In this document: positions 1 through 9,265 of the stretch, one piece after another | How positions within the stretch are numbered: position 1 is the stretch's first letter | Layout of the letters: each line of letters opens with the position of its first letter | From: Candidatus Uhrbacteria bacterium | Lineage (GTDB): Bacteria; Patescibacteriota; Patescibacteriia; GWA2-47-26 | Assembly (NCBI GenBank): GCA_016187515.1 | Contig: JACPJN010000006.1 | Location: forward strand, 64,856 to 128,855 | DNA: 64,000 nucleotides | Direction of reading: 5' to 3' | Notes under the pieces: generated by a model | Database searches by the model: none | Told to the model about the DNA's origin: nothing | What the model saw: only the letters and a program-made list of their open reading frames with translations | Made by a program: the position numbers and the translations under genes

Positions 1-998
1 GGTTCGCCTAAAAAGGCCCCGTATTCATCATAGCGCCAGACCTGTCCATGATCCAAGACCCCATAGTCAAAACTGTAATACCCGTCTGCCAGAAGCGCGC
101 TAGCCAGCCCAAAACGTAATCCCCGATAATCGTCCGGTTGGCCATTTTCACTGATGCGATTAATGGCCGCTAGCGGCGGCGCTAAATTATCTTTGATGGA
201 CTGGACATAACGGCTCATGGTCAGGGGCCATCCTTCGCGGGGAAAATATTCAAACAACACCCCGTGGACGTCTGGCGCGTAATCCGCGCCATTGCCATTA
301 ACCATCACCAAGGAGCGCCCTTGGAGCGCCTGCTGCGTATTTTCAAAAAGCGTGGTCATGCCTTGTTTCCAAAGCCGATTCACTTCTTCCGGCGATTCAG
401 CATTACCGTCGCGATCAAGATCAACTCCCACTCCGGTGTGATGCGACGGATCGCCCCAGCCATTATCATAAAATACGCCGTCCCAAAGACCGCTCCTAAT
501 AATTTCATCCCTCACAAAAATCGGCAGCACGTCCGCCCAGCGTCGGCCTTCAAATGCCGGAGCGCTCGCGGTGATATTTATAATATCGGTCCCGGGCCAA
601 AAAGAACGGCGATTCCGGGCCGTATCCAAAAGATACCAATCTTCCCGAAGATAGCGCGTCAGCAGCCGATTGCGCAATGGCGCGGCCTCTTTAAGTTTAT
701 CCGCATCATCACGAATCTCTACCGGGGTCAGATAAGCGAGAATAATAATCGCAGGATTAAGCTGACGAATGATCTTCAGCGCTTCCGGGCTGCGGTACTG
801 CACTTCCATGTCCAAAATCAGCAGATCCCACTTGGCTAATTCGCGCGCCTCTTCCTCTGAAATCGTCCAATGCAAAAAATAATTGGCCAGACGGGGAAAA
901 GTCGGCTTGATGTCGGGAAGCGCGTAGGCCGGGCCAATAACCAATAACCAATAACTAATAACCAATAACCCGACCGTAGATTTCCATGATCTTCTCAT
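1..998 (-). CDS. Putative secreted glycosyl-hydrolase-like TIM-barrel protein. The C-terminus runs past the window start, so this is the N-terminal 332 aa.
   Basis: Manual minus-strand translation gives a signal peptide, MRRSWKSTVGLLVISYWLLVIGPAYA, followed by protein-like sequence (...ANYFLHWTISEEEARELAKWDLLILDMEVQ...NGNGADYAPDVHGVLFEYF...DYGVLDHGQVWRYDEYGAFLGE). The ATG at 998 overlaps the 3' end of the upstream GT gene. The tracked plus ORF 264..839 is antisense to this gene and low-complexity. Confidence 0.5.
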   Translation of the reverse strand, partial: MRRSWKSTVGLLVISYWLLVIGPAYALPDIKPTFPRLANYFLHWTISEEEARELAKWDLLILDMEVQYRSPEALKIIRQLNPAIIILAYLTPVEIRDDADKLKEAAPLRNRLLTRYLREDWYLLDTARNRRSFWPGTDIINITASAPAFEGRRWADVLPIFVRDEIIRSGLWDGVFYDNGWGDPSHHTGVGVDLDRDGNAESPEEVNRLWKQGMTTLFENTQQALQGRSLVMVNGNGADYAPDVHGVLFEYFPREGWPLTMSRYVQSIKDNLAPPLAAINRISENGQPDDYRGLRFGLASALLADGYYSFDYGVLDHGQVWRYDEYGAFLGE

Positions 999-2307
999 AA
1001 TGCTTTTCCGGGTCATGCGCGCGCTTAACATACTCTTGCGCGGCCTTTCCGACTCGCTTTAACAACGCCTCATCATAATAGATTTTTCGAATGGTGTCAA
1101 GGATAGGACCTATAGGTCTTATATGTCCTATCGGACTTATAAAGAATCCGGTCTTCCCCTCCTCAATCAACTCCGGTATCCCTCCGATTTGCGAGGCGAC
1201 CACGACTTTACCGGCCGCCATGGCCTCGAGCACGGCGTACGGCGACGGCTCGTACCAAAGCGAAGGTACGATTATCAATTTTGCGCCCTGTATAAGCTGC
1301 TGCAGTGTACTCTTATCTTGAAATCCAAGGAGTTCAACATTCCGTAATTGGTAATTAGTAATTCGTGATTGAAGTTTGTCTGCTTCGGGGCCAGTGCCGA
1401 CGATTTTGAATTTAATTTCCGGCAAATGCTTGGCCAACTCGAGAATAAGATAGACACCCTTCTCCACTGTGAGACGACCGGCGAAAAGAATATAACCCCT
1501 GCCCCCTCCCCTAACCCCTCCCACCGAGGGAGGGGGATTTTGCTGCACTCCCTCTCCCTTTATGGGAGAGGGTAGCCGAAGGCCGGGTGAGGGTGCAACC
1601 GGAAGCGGTATCACGATAATTTTCTGCGCATCCATCCCGCCCCGCACTAACTTCTCTTTCACAAATTCCGTCGGCACGATAAACTTCGCCACATTTTTCT
1701 CGTACACGCGTAACATACGGTGTACGCGCCGCTCCACCACATCCGCAAGCGTGGCGAGGTAAGAATTTTTAATACAGCGGTACGCGATCGCGGCAATCCC
1801 CTGCCGCTCACAAATCTCGCCATGGTCAAAAAGCGCGTAATTCGGATTTATCAGATGATAATCATGTACGCTTCCGACCACCGGAGTATTATAACGCGCG
1901 GCCACGGATAAAATTGAGGGTGAAATGTGGTGATAAATATTGTGAATATGCACAATATCCGGCCGGAATTCATGCATCACGCGCTCAAACTTCCGCGCCG
2001 CTTCGCGCGACCAAACCATGTGTCCGAATTTTTGTATATCGCGCCACAGTCCTTCCCGGCGATCAAAATTCAGCGGTTCCACAAGAAGATCTTCAAACGT
2101 CGTAACCCCCCTATCCCCCCTTACCCTAAGGGGGGAATTGCGATCGTCTCCTCCCCTTAAGGTAAGGGGAGGTGGGGAGGGGTTATGAGCCGTGCCCCAC
2201 AACCCTACCTCCTGTCCATGCTTTACCAGCAACTGCGCCAAATCCAGCACATACGCTTCCGCTCCGGCTTTGCGATAAAGATATTTGTGGACTTGGAGAA
2301 TTTTCAT
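955..2307 (-). CDS. Glycosyltransferase family 4 (GT-B fold, Glycos_transf_1). It carries two in-frame GC-rich palindromic insertions.
   Basis: N-terminus MKILQVHKYLYRKAG...PDIVHIHNIYHH; C-terminus GGIPELIEEGKTGFFISP. The internal ATG at 2307 is preferred over the track start at 2400. Insertions encode ...PSPIKGEGVQQNPPPSVGGVRGGGRGY... and ...PLTLRGGDDRNSPLRVRGDRGV... Confidence 0.75.
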   Translation of the reverse strand: MKILQVHKYLYRKAGAEAYVLDLAQLLVKHGQEVGLWGTAHNPSPPPLTLRGGDDRNSPLRVRGDRGVTTFEDLLVEPLNFDRREGLWRDIQKFGHMVWSREAARKFERVMHEFRPDIVHIHNIYHHISPSILSVAARYNTPVVGSVHDYHLINPNYALFDHGEICERQGIAAIAYRCIKNSYLATLADVVERRVHRMLRVYEKNVAKFIVPTEFVKEKLVRGGMDAQKIIVIPLPVAPSPGLRLPSPIKGEGVQQNPPPSVGGVRGGGRGYILFAGRLTVEKGVYLILELAKHLPEIKFKIVGTGPEADKLQSRITNYQLRNVELLGFQDKSTLQQLIQGAKLIIVPSLWYEPSPYAVLEAMAAGKVVVASQIGGIPELIEEGKTGFFISPIGHIRPIGPILDTIRKIYYDEALLKRVGKAAQEYVKRAHDPEKHYEKIMEIYGRVIGY

Positions 2308-2342
2308 ATTTGTGTACGAATCAACAAATAACATTGCGAATA

Positions 2343-3641
2343 TCACGAATGTGCATCGAATAAATTCGTAGTATTCGTGCGAGATTCGTAATTCGTACAC
2401 AGATTATTTAACACCTCCTCCAGCCCCGCAATGGCTTTCTCCCAAGAATAATCACGCTCGACAATCTCGCGCGCTAGGCGCCGCAGCCGCGCTTTATCTT
2501 CCGGAGTCCTTTCTAAAAATGACATAATGCCTTCGGCAAGCTCCGGAGCGCTGGTTCCCCGAGTAATCAAACTCATGTCCAATTTGCGCAGAATCTCCGG
2601 AGTCGCGCCCGCCGGAGTTCCCACTACCGGGACTCCGCAAGAGAGCGCCTCGAGGGTGGCCATGCCTAAACCCTCCAGGGCTTCGGTGGGCAGTACAAAA
2701 GCGTCGGCGGCCTGATAATAAAGCGGCAGATCTTGAAGCGGCACCGCGCCAATCAAGGTTACCGTATTGCCGAGATTTCGGCGCGCGATTTCTTTTTGAT
2801 AACTGGCGCGCAGCGGCCCTTCGCCCACAATCAACAGTCGTACCGCGGGCAGCTTACGGCGTACGATTTCCATCGCGCGAATCAGCTCGATGATCCCCAT
2901 GCGCGGACTAAAACGCCGCACGGTTAAAAGCAGATTTCCCTCGCGAGACAGTCCTAAGCGCGCGCGCGCCTCGCCAATATCCGCCGGACAAAATACCTGC
3001 TGATCAATGCCCACCGGGATAATCGTCGCGCGATTTTTCGTGAAAGGCGCGATGCTATAGAGCAGCTGCTTGGAAAACTCGGAAAACACTCCCACGGCGG
3101 TTGAACGCGTAAGCACCTGGCGCTCAATTCGACTGGCCATCCGGACAAAAAAACGCGCCAGGAGGGGACGCAGCGGCTCTATAAAAAACGGCAGTGCTCG
3201 CTGCAGTCCCTCCAGTTCAACTTCCTTGGCCGCTGAACCGTGAAATAGATAAAGCGCAGGTAACTTTCCGGCGGAGCCGGATCCGCCTTGGGCGGAAAAA
3301 AATCCCTGCGCGGCAAACGGGTGGTGCAGAATGGCCGCGTCAAACATACTCGTAATTCCGTAATTCCGTAATTTCGTAATTTCTCCCAGCACCCGCGGCA
3401 CCTCGCGCAGCGCCGTTCGCGTTTGCCCGCCGAATTTTTCCAGTTCGGCCGGAGCGCCATATCGAAAAATACGCACGCTCCCCTGGTCCTCAAAAGCCGG
3501 CAGGGTTTCCTTCATCCGCGCGGTAACTACCGTTACCGCGTGCCCGCGGCGCGCCAAATACCGCGCTTGTTCAGCCGCCACATGCTCGGAACCGCCAAAA
3601 CTATCCGGATAAAAGCGTTGAGTGATGATGATAATGCGCAT
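2343..3641 (-). CDS. Glycosyltransferase family 4. It contains a heptanucleotide repeat tract (attacgg/attacga x4) in the coding frame.
   Basis: MRIIIITQRFYPDSFGGSEHVAAEQARYLARRGHAVTVV...; C-terminus GVPVVGTPAGATPEILRK. The repeat at 3351..3388 encodes EITKLRNYGITS. Confidence 0.75.
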   Translation of the reverse strand: MRIIIITQRFYPDSFGGSEHVAAEQARYLARRGHAVTVVTARMKETLPAFEDQGSVRIFRYGAPAELEKFGGQTRTALREVPRVLGEITKLRNYGITSMFDAAILHHPFAAQGFFSAQGGSGSAGKLPALYLFHGSAAKEVELEGLQRALPFFIEPLRPLLARFFVRMASRIERQVLTRSTAVGVFSEFSKQLLYSIAPFTKNRATIIPVGIDQQVFCPADIGEARARLGLSREGNLLLTVRRFSPRMGIIELIRAMEIVRRKLPAVRLLIVGEGPLRASYQKEIARRNLGNTVTLIGAVPLQDLPLYYQAADAFVLPTEALEGLGMATLEALSCGVPVVGTPAGATPEILRKLDMSLITRGTSAPELAEGIMSFLERTPEDKARLRRLAREIVERDYSWEKAIAGLEEVLNNLCTNYESRTNTTNLFDAHS

Positions 3642-3709
3642 AGTGTATTGAGTAAATCAAGCGAGGCAAGCCCTGTAGTGAAGCTTCGCTCTACTACGGG
3701 GCAAGTAAA

Positions 3710-5155
3710 TCAAGTACCTGCTTTACTTGATTCACCTGATTTACTTGATTTACCCAATTGCCCAATCGCTACCGCGATCGCGAGCGGCACCCAAAGTTTG
3801 GAAGTGTAGTAGGTAGTATTAAACAACTGATAACTAATCGCCCCTAACGCGATTAAAAGCGCCACCCCAGTCGCCATTCGCGTTTCCGCATTCAGCATCG
3901 CGCTTTTTGACCAGAGTGGTTTTGCGATATAGTAAAGAATACTGCCGATCAGAATTATAAATCCGGCGAGCCCCAGCAGTCCTTGCTCAAACATCAATTT
4001 GAAAATAATTCCGTGCGCGTCTAAGGGTTCGCCATATTCCAAAAGAAAGGCCTTGGTTTGCCAAAGCGTCGGGATAAAGGTGCCGATCCCCTGCCCCAAA
4101 ATCGGCGAGCGCGAGAAATAAAAAGTCGCGATACGCGCTTGATCCAGGCGCGAAAGAGTTGAACCGCGAACCGCTTCGGTAAAAGTGGTCGCCGCTAAAG
4201 TCAAGGTCATGGCCGCAAATAGAATCAGCGCCGGAGTGGCTTCTTTAAGAAACGCGCGCACCCGTCCCCGATGCATTACCGCCAGATAACACATCGCCTG
4301 GATCAGTACGGCAATCCAGGCCGAACGGGAAAAGGTCAAAAGCGCTACCGCCCATTGCAAGAATGTAAAATGTAAAATGTAAAATGTAAAATTTTTGCTT
4401 TGCAATTCGCCAGTTTTAATTTTCAATTTTGCATTTTGCATTAACAATAGTCCTACGGGCGCGGTAGCGACCAACGTTTCCGCCAGCAAATTGTGATTCG
4501 CGCCCAAGGGGTTCAAACCAAACGCGCCGAACGGACGGGCGCGCGGAAAATCTCCGTGCGCTCCTAAAACAAGCCCGAGCAGACCGTCCAAGGCGGCGAT
4601 CAGTCCGGTTGCAAAAAACACCAGGAGCACGCGATCAATTTTATCCTTATGCCGGGCAATAATGCTTACCGGCACGATAAAAAACACCAGGTAAAAAAAG
4701 GTAAAAGGGCGGGCGAAATATTTAAACGAGGCGTTAAATTGAATCGCCGGAACTTTCAAAAGTGAAAGCAACCCGGATAACCAAAACAACAAATAGGATC
4801 TCCAATGCGGCAACGGCCGCGCTAATCTCCAATTTCTAATTTCTAATTTCCAATTACCAGCGATATTGATTCCCCACGCTGCAAAAAGCAGCAATCCGTA
4901 CAGATCAACAAACGGGGCGTTGATGCTTTTAAGATAGGGAACATCTTTAAAAATTTCAAAGGCGCTAAAATCAATCACTAGCCCGAGATAGGGAAAGAAA
5001 AATACCAGGACCAGCAGTCCAAACAGCAGATTACGCGCCAAAAACCAAACGGCCGCCGCCAAAAATACAATACTTAAAGAAAGCAACGGATGCACCAAGG
5101 CCGCCACCGCCGCGGCAAAGATAATCCCTAACGCCAGCCGGATAAAACGCTTCAT
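3710..5155 (-). CDS. O-antigen ligase/Wzy_C-like polytopic membrane protein. It has two in-frame heptamer tracts.
   Basis: About 12 TM segments and the motif TFSRSAWIAVLIQ. Heptamers aatgtaa x4 (4363..4392, encoding FTFYILHFTF) and aatttct x3 (4829..4853). Confidence 0.6.
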   Translation of the reverse strand: MKRFIRLALGIIFAAAVAALVHPLLSLSIVFLAAAVWFLARNLLFGLLVLVFFFPYLGLVIDFSAFEIFKDVPYLKSINAPFVDLYGLLLFAAWGINIAGNWKLEIRNWRLARPLPHWRSYLLFWLSGLLSLLKVPAIQFNASFKYFARPFTFFYLVFFIVPVSIIARHKDKIDRVLLVFFATGLIAALDGLLGLVLGAHGDFPRARPFGAFGLNPLGANHNLLAETLVATAPVGLLLMQNAKLKIKTGELQSKNFTFYILHFTFLQWAVALLTFSRSAWIAVLIQAMCYLAVMHRGRVRAFLKEATPALILFAAMTLTLAATTFTEAVRGSTLSRLDQARIATFYFSRSPILGQGIGTFIPTLWQTKAFLLEYGEPLDAHGIIFKLMFEQGLLGLAGFIILIGSILYYIAKPLWSKSAMLNAETRMATGVALLIALGAISYQLFNTTYYTSKLWVPLAIAVAIGQLGKSSKSGESSKAGT

Positions 5156-5382
5156 AGTTTCTAACTATACCACATTTTCATAAAATTAAAAGAGTCCCCA
5201 ACAGGCACATTGCGCGAAGCGTAAAACAAAACACCCTCGAGTGGTTTGGCTATCAAGGTAAAAGAGTAAGGAGGAGATACTCTAAACCGATTGCCAAACC
5301 GCCCGAAGGCGCTGTTAAGGCGCGGGGTAAACCACCCAAAGGTGCCGCATCGTGTTACGTGCTGCGCGTATCGTGACGGTAT

Positions 5383-5411
5383 ACTCTACCACGTTTCTCA
5401 TCCCCTGTCAA
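5383..5411 (-). promoter_or_regulatory. Putative sigma70-type promoter upstream of the ligase gene: TTGACA-N17-TAGAGT.
   Basis: Minus-strand read ccTTGACAggggatgagaaacgtggTAGAGT, about 230 nt upstream of the ATG at 5155. Confidence 0.3.
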
Positions 5412-5429
5412 GGGCCCCCGTTATCAGAG

Positions 5430-5476
5430 AAGGAAAAATATGGCGCCTGGGAAAGAAGGTTCTCTTCTCTCCCAGG
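5430..5476 (-). terminator. Putative intrinsic terminator downstream of the MopE-like gene.
   Basis: Hairpin cctgggaaagaa-ggttctc-ttctctcccagg, followed on the minus strand by a U-rich tract. Confidence 0.35.
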
Positions 5477-5578
5477 GCGGTGTTCGCGCCTACACGCGAA
5501 ACGTTGAAAGAGCCAATCACGGGCCACGATTGTAGGTTCGTGGAATTTCCCGCGCTTTGTGTTTGTTGTGCTGGCCTG

Positions 5579-7696
5579 CTACGGCGTGGCCGGACCAACC
5601 ACGTCGTTTCGGGGCACGCAGTTGCCGCCCCCGGCGATTTCCTCCGCGGTCACGCGCTCGATCGGGTCGGTCAAACCCGTCCCGTCCGAGCACTCGGTGA
5701 CGAACCGCAGATCGGTGAACAGACCGTCGATCCGTCCCGCTCCCGCGAAGTAGTTGCAGGCCCATCCTTCGCCGGACTCGGCCGAGAACTCTACGTCCTC
5801 GTCCGCATCCGCGTCCACCTCCACCTGGAAGCACGAATCGGCCGTGGGCACCGGCAAACAGAAGTCCACCGCGCTCACCTGCGCCGCCGCGCTTCCCGCG
5901 ACCACCGGCGCCTCGGGCCCGCAGGTTCGAGCCGTGAGGATGCCGTCCACGTCGCCGAAGGTGCCGTCGCCGTTGCGATCCGCGGTCTCGTACGTACCGC
6001 AGAGGGTGACCGCACAGGTCCCCACCGGCTCTCCCTCCGACTCCGACTCGCTCTCGGACTCGGACTCACTTTCCGATTCGCTCTCGCTCTCGGACTCGGA
6101 TTCGGACTCGCCTTCGCCCGGATCCACGGGACACGTGGAACCGAGACACGTGAGCATGCCATCCTCGCAGATGGTCAGCCCGACCGTGCACTCCGGCGCA
6201 CTCTGACACAAGGCCAACTCGTCCGACGTGGGGGCCTCGTCGGCCTCCTCGTCGCAGTCGTTGTCCAACCCGTCGCACAGCTCGGGGCTGGAGCCCACGG
6301 CGTCGCCGCACGGTCCCCATGCTCCGCCGGAGCAGAGCTGGGTACCGGAAACGCACTCGCCGATGTCGCTGCCGCACGGCAGGGTTTCCCCATCCGTGCA
6401 GTCGCAGCCGTTGTCCACGGCTCCGTCGCAGTCCTCGTCGGTCTCGCCGTCGCACGTTTCCGTGCTCGGGACGATCCCGTTGAGGCAGGCGGACCAGAGT
6501 CCGCCGTCGGTACAGAACTGCGTACCGAACTCGCAGGATCCGACGTCCGAGCCGCACGGGCGGGAAACGCCCGGCAGACATGCGAACCCCTCGTCCACGG
6601 AACCGTCGCAGTCGTTGTCGCGACCGTCCGGCACTTCCGGGCTCGGATCGCCCGGGGCGCAGGAGTTGATCACGAGACCGTCCACGCACGAGGTTTCCCC
6701 CGTGGAGGCGCAGTCGCCGCCTCCGCACCCGGTGGACTGGGACTCGAAATCCTCATCCACCAAGCCGTCGCAGTCGGTGTCGCCACCGCCGCAGACGTCC
6801 GAACCGAGGAGGGGTTCGACGTTGCCGACGCACTGCAGGTTGCCGCCCACGCAGATCGTGCTCCCGAAAGAGCAATTCCCCGCGTTGGTGGTCCCGCACG
6901 CTCCACCCGTCTCCACCGTCACGCCGTCCACCACGCCGTCGCAGTTGTTGTCCAGCCCGTCGCAGAACTCAGGGCTGGGCAGGGTCGCGCCAAGGCACGG
7001 TCCCCAGGTCCCGCTCGCGCAGGTCTGGGTGCCGAACTCGCACGTGCCCATCTCCGAGGCCGGGCCACACGTCCGGGTCGCCCCGTTCGTGCAGTCGCAG
7101 TCCTCGTCGGTTGCGCCGTCGCAATCCTCGTCGGTCAGCCCGTCGCAGGTCTCGGGCGCCGGACCCACACTGCCGAAGCAGGTGGCGCTCCAGAACCCGT
7201 CCGCGTCGCAGAGCTCAACGCCCGCGACGCAGGACCCGACGTCGGATCCGCACGAACGCATGACGCCCGAAAGGCAATCCACGCACTCGCCGGCGACACA
7301 CACCTGGTCCTCGAGGCAGAGATCGCAGGGGTCTTCCCCCTCGGACTCGCTCTCGGACTCGGACTCGCTCTCGCTTTCGGCTTCCGCTTCCGCTTCCGCC
7401 TCGGCTTCGGCTTCCGCCTCGGCTTCGGCTTCGGCTTCGCTCTCCGCCTCCGCTTCGGATTCGGCTTCGGACTCGCCTTCGTCCGGCATGCCGGCATCGG
7501 GCTGGGCGTCCGGACCCATGTCCGGCTCACCCTCGGCTTCCGCCTCTGCTTCGGCTTCGGCTTCGGCCTCGGCCTCGGACTCGCCTTCCATGGGTACGAT
7601 GCCCGCGTCCGGCTCTTCCGCATCCGGCGCCTGCGCCGGAGAATCCAGCAGGTTGCAAGCGGCGGCGACCGCCGCCATCCAAATGCTGTACCTCAT
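5579..7696 (-). CDS. Secreted/lipoprotein with acidic EA/ES low-complexity tracts and about 8 MopE-like Cys-rich repeats (CDGxDxDCDGxxDE).
   Basis: Start is the ATG at 7696 with RBS AAGGAGGAA (MRYSIWMAAVAAACN...), preferred over the TTG at 7771. It is homologous to the small proteins at 27897 and 30392. The overlapping plus ORFs 5291..7750 and 6228..7763 are GC-rich antisense artefacts. Confidence 0.6.
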   Translation of the reverse strand: MRYSIWMAAVAAACNLLDSPAQAPDAEEPDAGIVPMEGESEAEAEAEAEAEAEAEGEPDMGPDAQPDAGMPDEGESEAESEAEAESEAEAEAEAEAEAEAEAEAEAESESESESESESEGEDPCDLCLEDQVCVAGECVDCLSGVMRSCGSDVGSCVAGVELCDADGFWSATCFGSVGPAPETCDGLTDEDCDGATDEDCDCTNGATRTCGPASEMGTCEFGTQTCASGTWGPCLGATLPSPEFCDGLDNNCDGVVDGVTVETGGACGTTNAGNCSFGSTICVGGNLQCVGNVEPLLGSDVCGGGDTDCDGLVDEDFESQSTGCGGGDCASTGETSCVDGLVINSCAPGDPSPEVPDGRDNDCDGSVDEGFACLPGVSRPCGSDVGSCEFGTQFCTDGGLWSACLNGIVPSTETCDGETDEDCDGAVDNGCDCTDGETLPCGSDIGECVSGTQLCSGGAWGPCGDAVGSSPELCDGLDNDCDEEADEAPTSDELALCQSAPECTVGLTICEDGMLTCLGSTCPVDPGEGESESESESESESESESESESESESEGEPVGTCAVTLCGTYETADRNGDGTFGDVDGILTARTCGPEAPVVAGSAAAQVSAVDFCLPVPTADSCFQVEVDADADEDVEFSAESGEGWACNYFAGAGRIDGLFTDLRFVTECSDGTGLTDPIERVTAEEIAGGGNCVPRNDVVGPATP

Positions 7697-7743
7697 GAGT
7701 TCCTCCTTGCGCCTACGGCGCATTGTTGTTGCGCCGCAGACGC

Positions 7744-7772
7744 TTTTTAAACGTCTGGGCTGATCTGTCAAT
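7744..7772 (-). promoter_or_regulatory. Putative promoter TTGACA-N17-TAAAAA for the MopE-like gene.
   Basis: Minus-strand ttcaTTGACAgatcagcccagacgtttAAAAAG, followed by leader ...gcaaGGAGGaactcATG. Confidence 0.35.
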
Positions 7773-7864
7773 GAACATCTTCGCCATCGGCGAAGTTTGC
7801 CTTAAATTGCCACCTGCTCGATTTCGCTGGTCTACAATCTAAGGTAAATCTCGCCATACTGGGG

Positions 7865-7993
7865 CCGTTGAACAATTGATTATTCGTGCACATTCGTCAG
7901 GCCGCCTCGTAATCGCCTCGCAGGAACACTGCGGTTTTGGCGGCCGTCTATTCGTGGATATTCGTGTAAACTGCGCAGGAGTTAATTCTTCAA
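7865..7993 (+). promoter_or_regulatory. Copy 1 of a conserved ~130-bp element containing four ATTCGTG direct repeats, a GGCCGCC...GGCGGCC stem and imperfect terminal inverted repeats.
   Basis: About 85% identical to 27683..27812. Both copies lie upstream of MopE-like lipoprotein genes, but in opposite orientation relative to the gene. Confidence 0.5.
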
Positions 7994-8011
7994 CACTCTC
8001 ATAATAGATCC

Positions 8012-8048
8012 GGGGGACGGAACGCACACGTATGTGCGTTCCGTCCCC
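8012..8048 (-). terminator. Perfect 19-bp inverted repeat (gggggacggaacgcacacg-ta-cgtgtgcgttccgtccccc). Putative terminator of the 9886->8067 operon.
   Basis: Lies 19 nt past the stop at 8067. The downstream U-run is weak. Confidence 0.4.
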
Positions 8049-8066
8049 GCGGTTGATTGCCTACTC

Positions 8067-9233
8067 CTATCGCGCCGGAGCCAGCGGCATGGGCACCGCC
8101 CACTCGCCGCGCACCTCCCCCCGCCTGCGAACCGGAGCCGGCTCCCCGAACGGGAACCGTCCCTTCAGAAACGCCCCGACCCCGAAGTCCATGGACTGCG
8201 GGTGGCTGACCTGGCCAGCCAGGTCCACTTCCTCGCGCCGCAGCCCGCCGACCAAGGCCTGGAGTTCCAGCCGGACTACGTCCGACCCGATCTCCAGTAC
8301 CGGCCCGGCCTGGACCAGATTGCTCTGTCCACGCTCGGACTCGTCATGGCCCCGACCGCACCAGCCCGCCAGACCGCCGATCGACACCGCGCTTTCGCGG
8401 GCGATCGGGGTCAGGGCTCCGGCCTGAATGCAGACAAACTTGTCCGCGTCCGCGTCCAGATCCAGGCCCCCGGCCGCCACTCGCAGGGTGGGGCTCCAGG
8501 TCGTGGACTTGAGATCCAAGTCCGCACCCAGCTGAACCCCGGCGCCGGACCCGAAGTCGTGAAACCCGACTCCGCCGGCACCCACGGTGAACGCGGACCG
8601 CTGGTCCTGGTCCCGCGGAGCACAGATCACGCCGGCCGGGCACTCCTCGCCAGAGCCGATCAAGAGTCGGCCGTGCGAGTCGTACGCGGCTGCTTCTGCC
8701 GCGGCCCGGTCCGCCTCCGCGAGTGCGGTGTCCACGACTTCCAGGGCCGCGCGGTCCTGGTCGGTCCGCTCCCGCGCCGCACGCAAGGCCCGGGCCCGCT
8801 CGGCGAGCTGGTCCTTGCGGGCCTGCAGCGCCTCCTGGTCCACCGGCAGACGATCCGCCGGCGCAGGACGCTCCGAAGCGGCCTTGAACACGATGCAGGG
8901 CGTATCCCCGCACCGGGCCGCGGCACACTCCTGGTAGATCCTGTCTTCCACCGTGCCGGGAGCGAACGCGAAGTTCTCGCCCGGACGACGGTTGAGCTCC
9001 ACGAGACGGGCACAGGTGGGGCCATCCACTGACCCGCGCACCTGCCTCCCGTTTTCCAACTGCCAGGCGCAAACCTGGCAAGCCGAACGAGTGGCCTCCG
9101 CCTGCTTGACCGCCTCGTCGCCGAAGCAGCGCAGACAGAACTTGCTCACGTCCCTCACGTCCCGCCCCTGCGCCACTGCCGTGAACGGCAGAGCGAGAAG
9201 GGCGAGAACGGAAAACACGCTCTTGATTCTCAT
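8067..9233 (-). CDS. Secreted protein with a central coiled-coil and a Gly-rich C-terminal domain; function unknown.
   Basis: Clear signal peptide MRIKSVFSVLALLALPFTAVAQG. RBS GAAGGAG sits upstream of the ATG at 9233. Overlapping GC-rich ORFs 8034..9032(+) and 8344..9405(-) lack such signals. Confidence 0.55.
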   Translation of the reverse strand: MRIKSVFSVLALLALPFTAVAQGRDVRDVSKFCLRCFGDEAVKQAEATRSACQVCAWQLENGRQVRGSVDGPTCARLVELNRRPGENFAFAPGTVEDRIYQECAAARCGDTPCIVFKAASERPAPADRLPVDQEALQARKDQLAERARALRAARERTDQDRAALEVVDTALAEADRAAAEAAAYDSHGRLLIGSGEECPAGVICAPRDQDQRSAFTVGAGGVGFHDFGSGAGVQLGADLDLKSTTWSPTLRVAAGGLDLDADADKFVCIQAGALTPIARESAVSIGGLAGWCGRGHDESERGQSNLVQAGPVLEIGSDVVRLELQALVGGLRREEVDLAGQVSHPQSMDFGVGAFLKGRFPFGEPAPVRRRGEVRGEWAVPMPLAPAR

Positions 9234-9265
9234 GGTTTTTCTCCTTCTCGGCTTTCGGTTTCGGT

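Noticed and set aside
264-839. Plus ORF 264..839
   Set aside because: It is antisense to a minus-strand gene that translates into a signal peptide and a coherent protein; the plus translation is basic and low-complexity.
5291-7763. Plus-strand ORFs 5291..7750 (819 aa) and 6228..7763 (511 aa)
   Set aside because: Low-complexity Arg/Ala/Gly/Leu translations produced by repeats in 70% GC DNA. The minus-strand frame has a signal peptide, an RBS and MopE-like repeats.
7771-7771. TTG start at 7771 for the MopE-like gene
   Set aside because: It lies upstream of the predicted -35 box. The ATG at 7696 has an AAGGAGG RBS.
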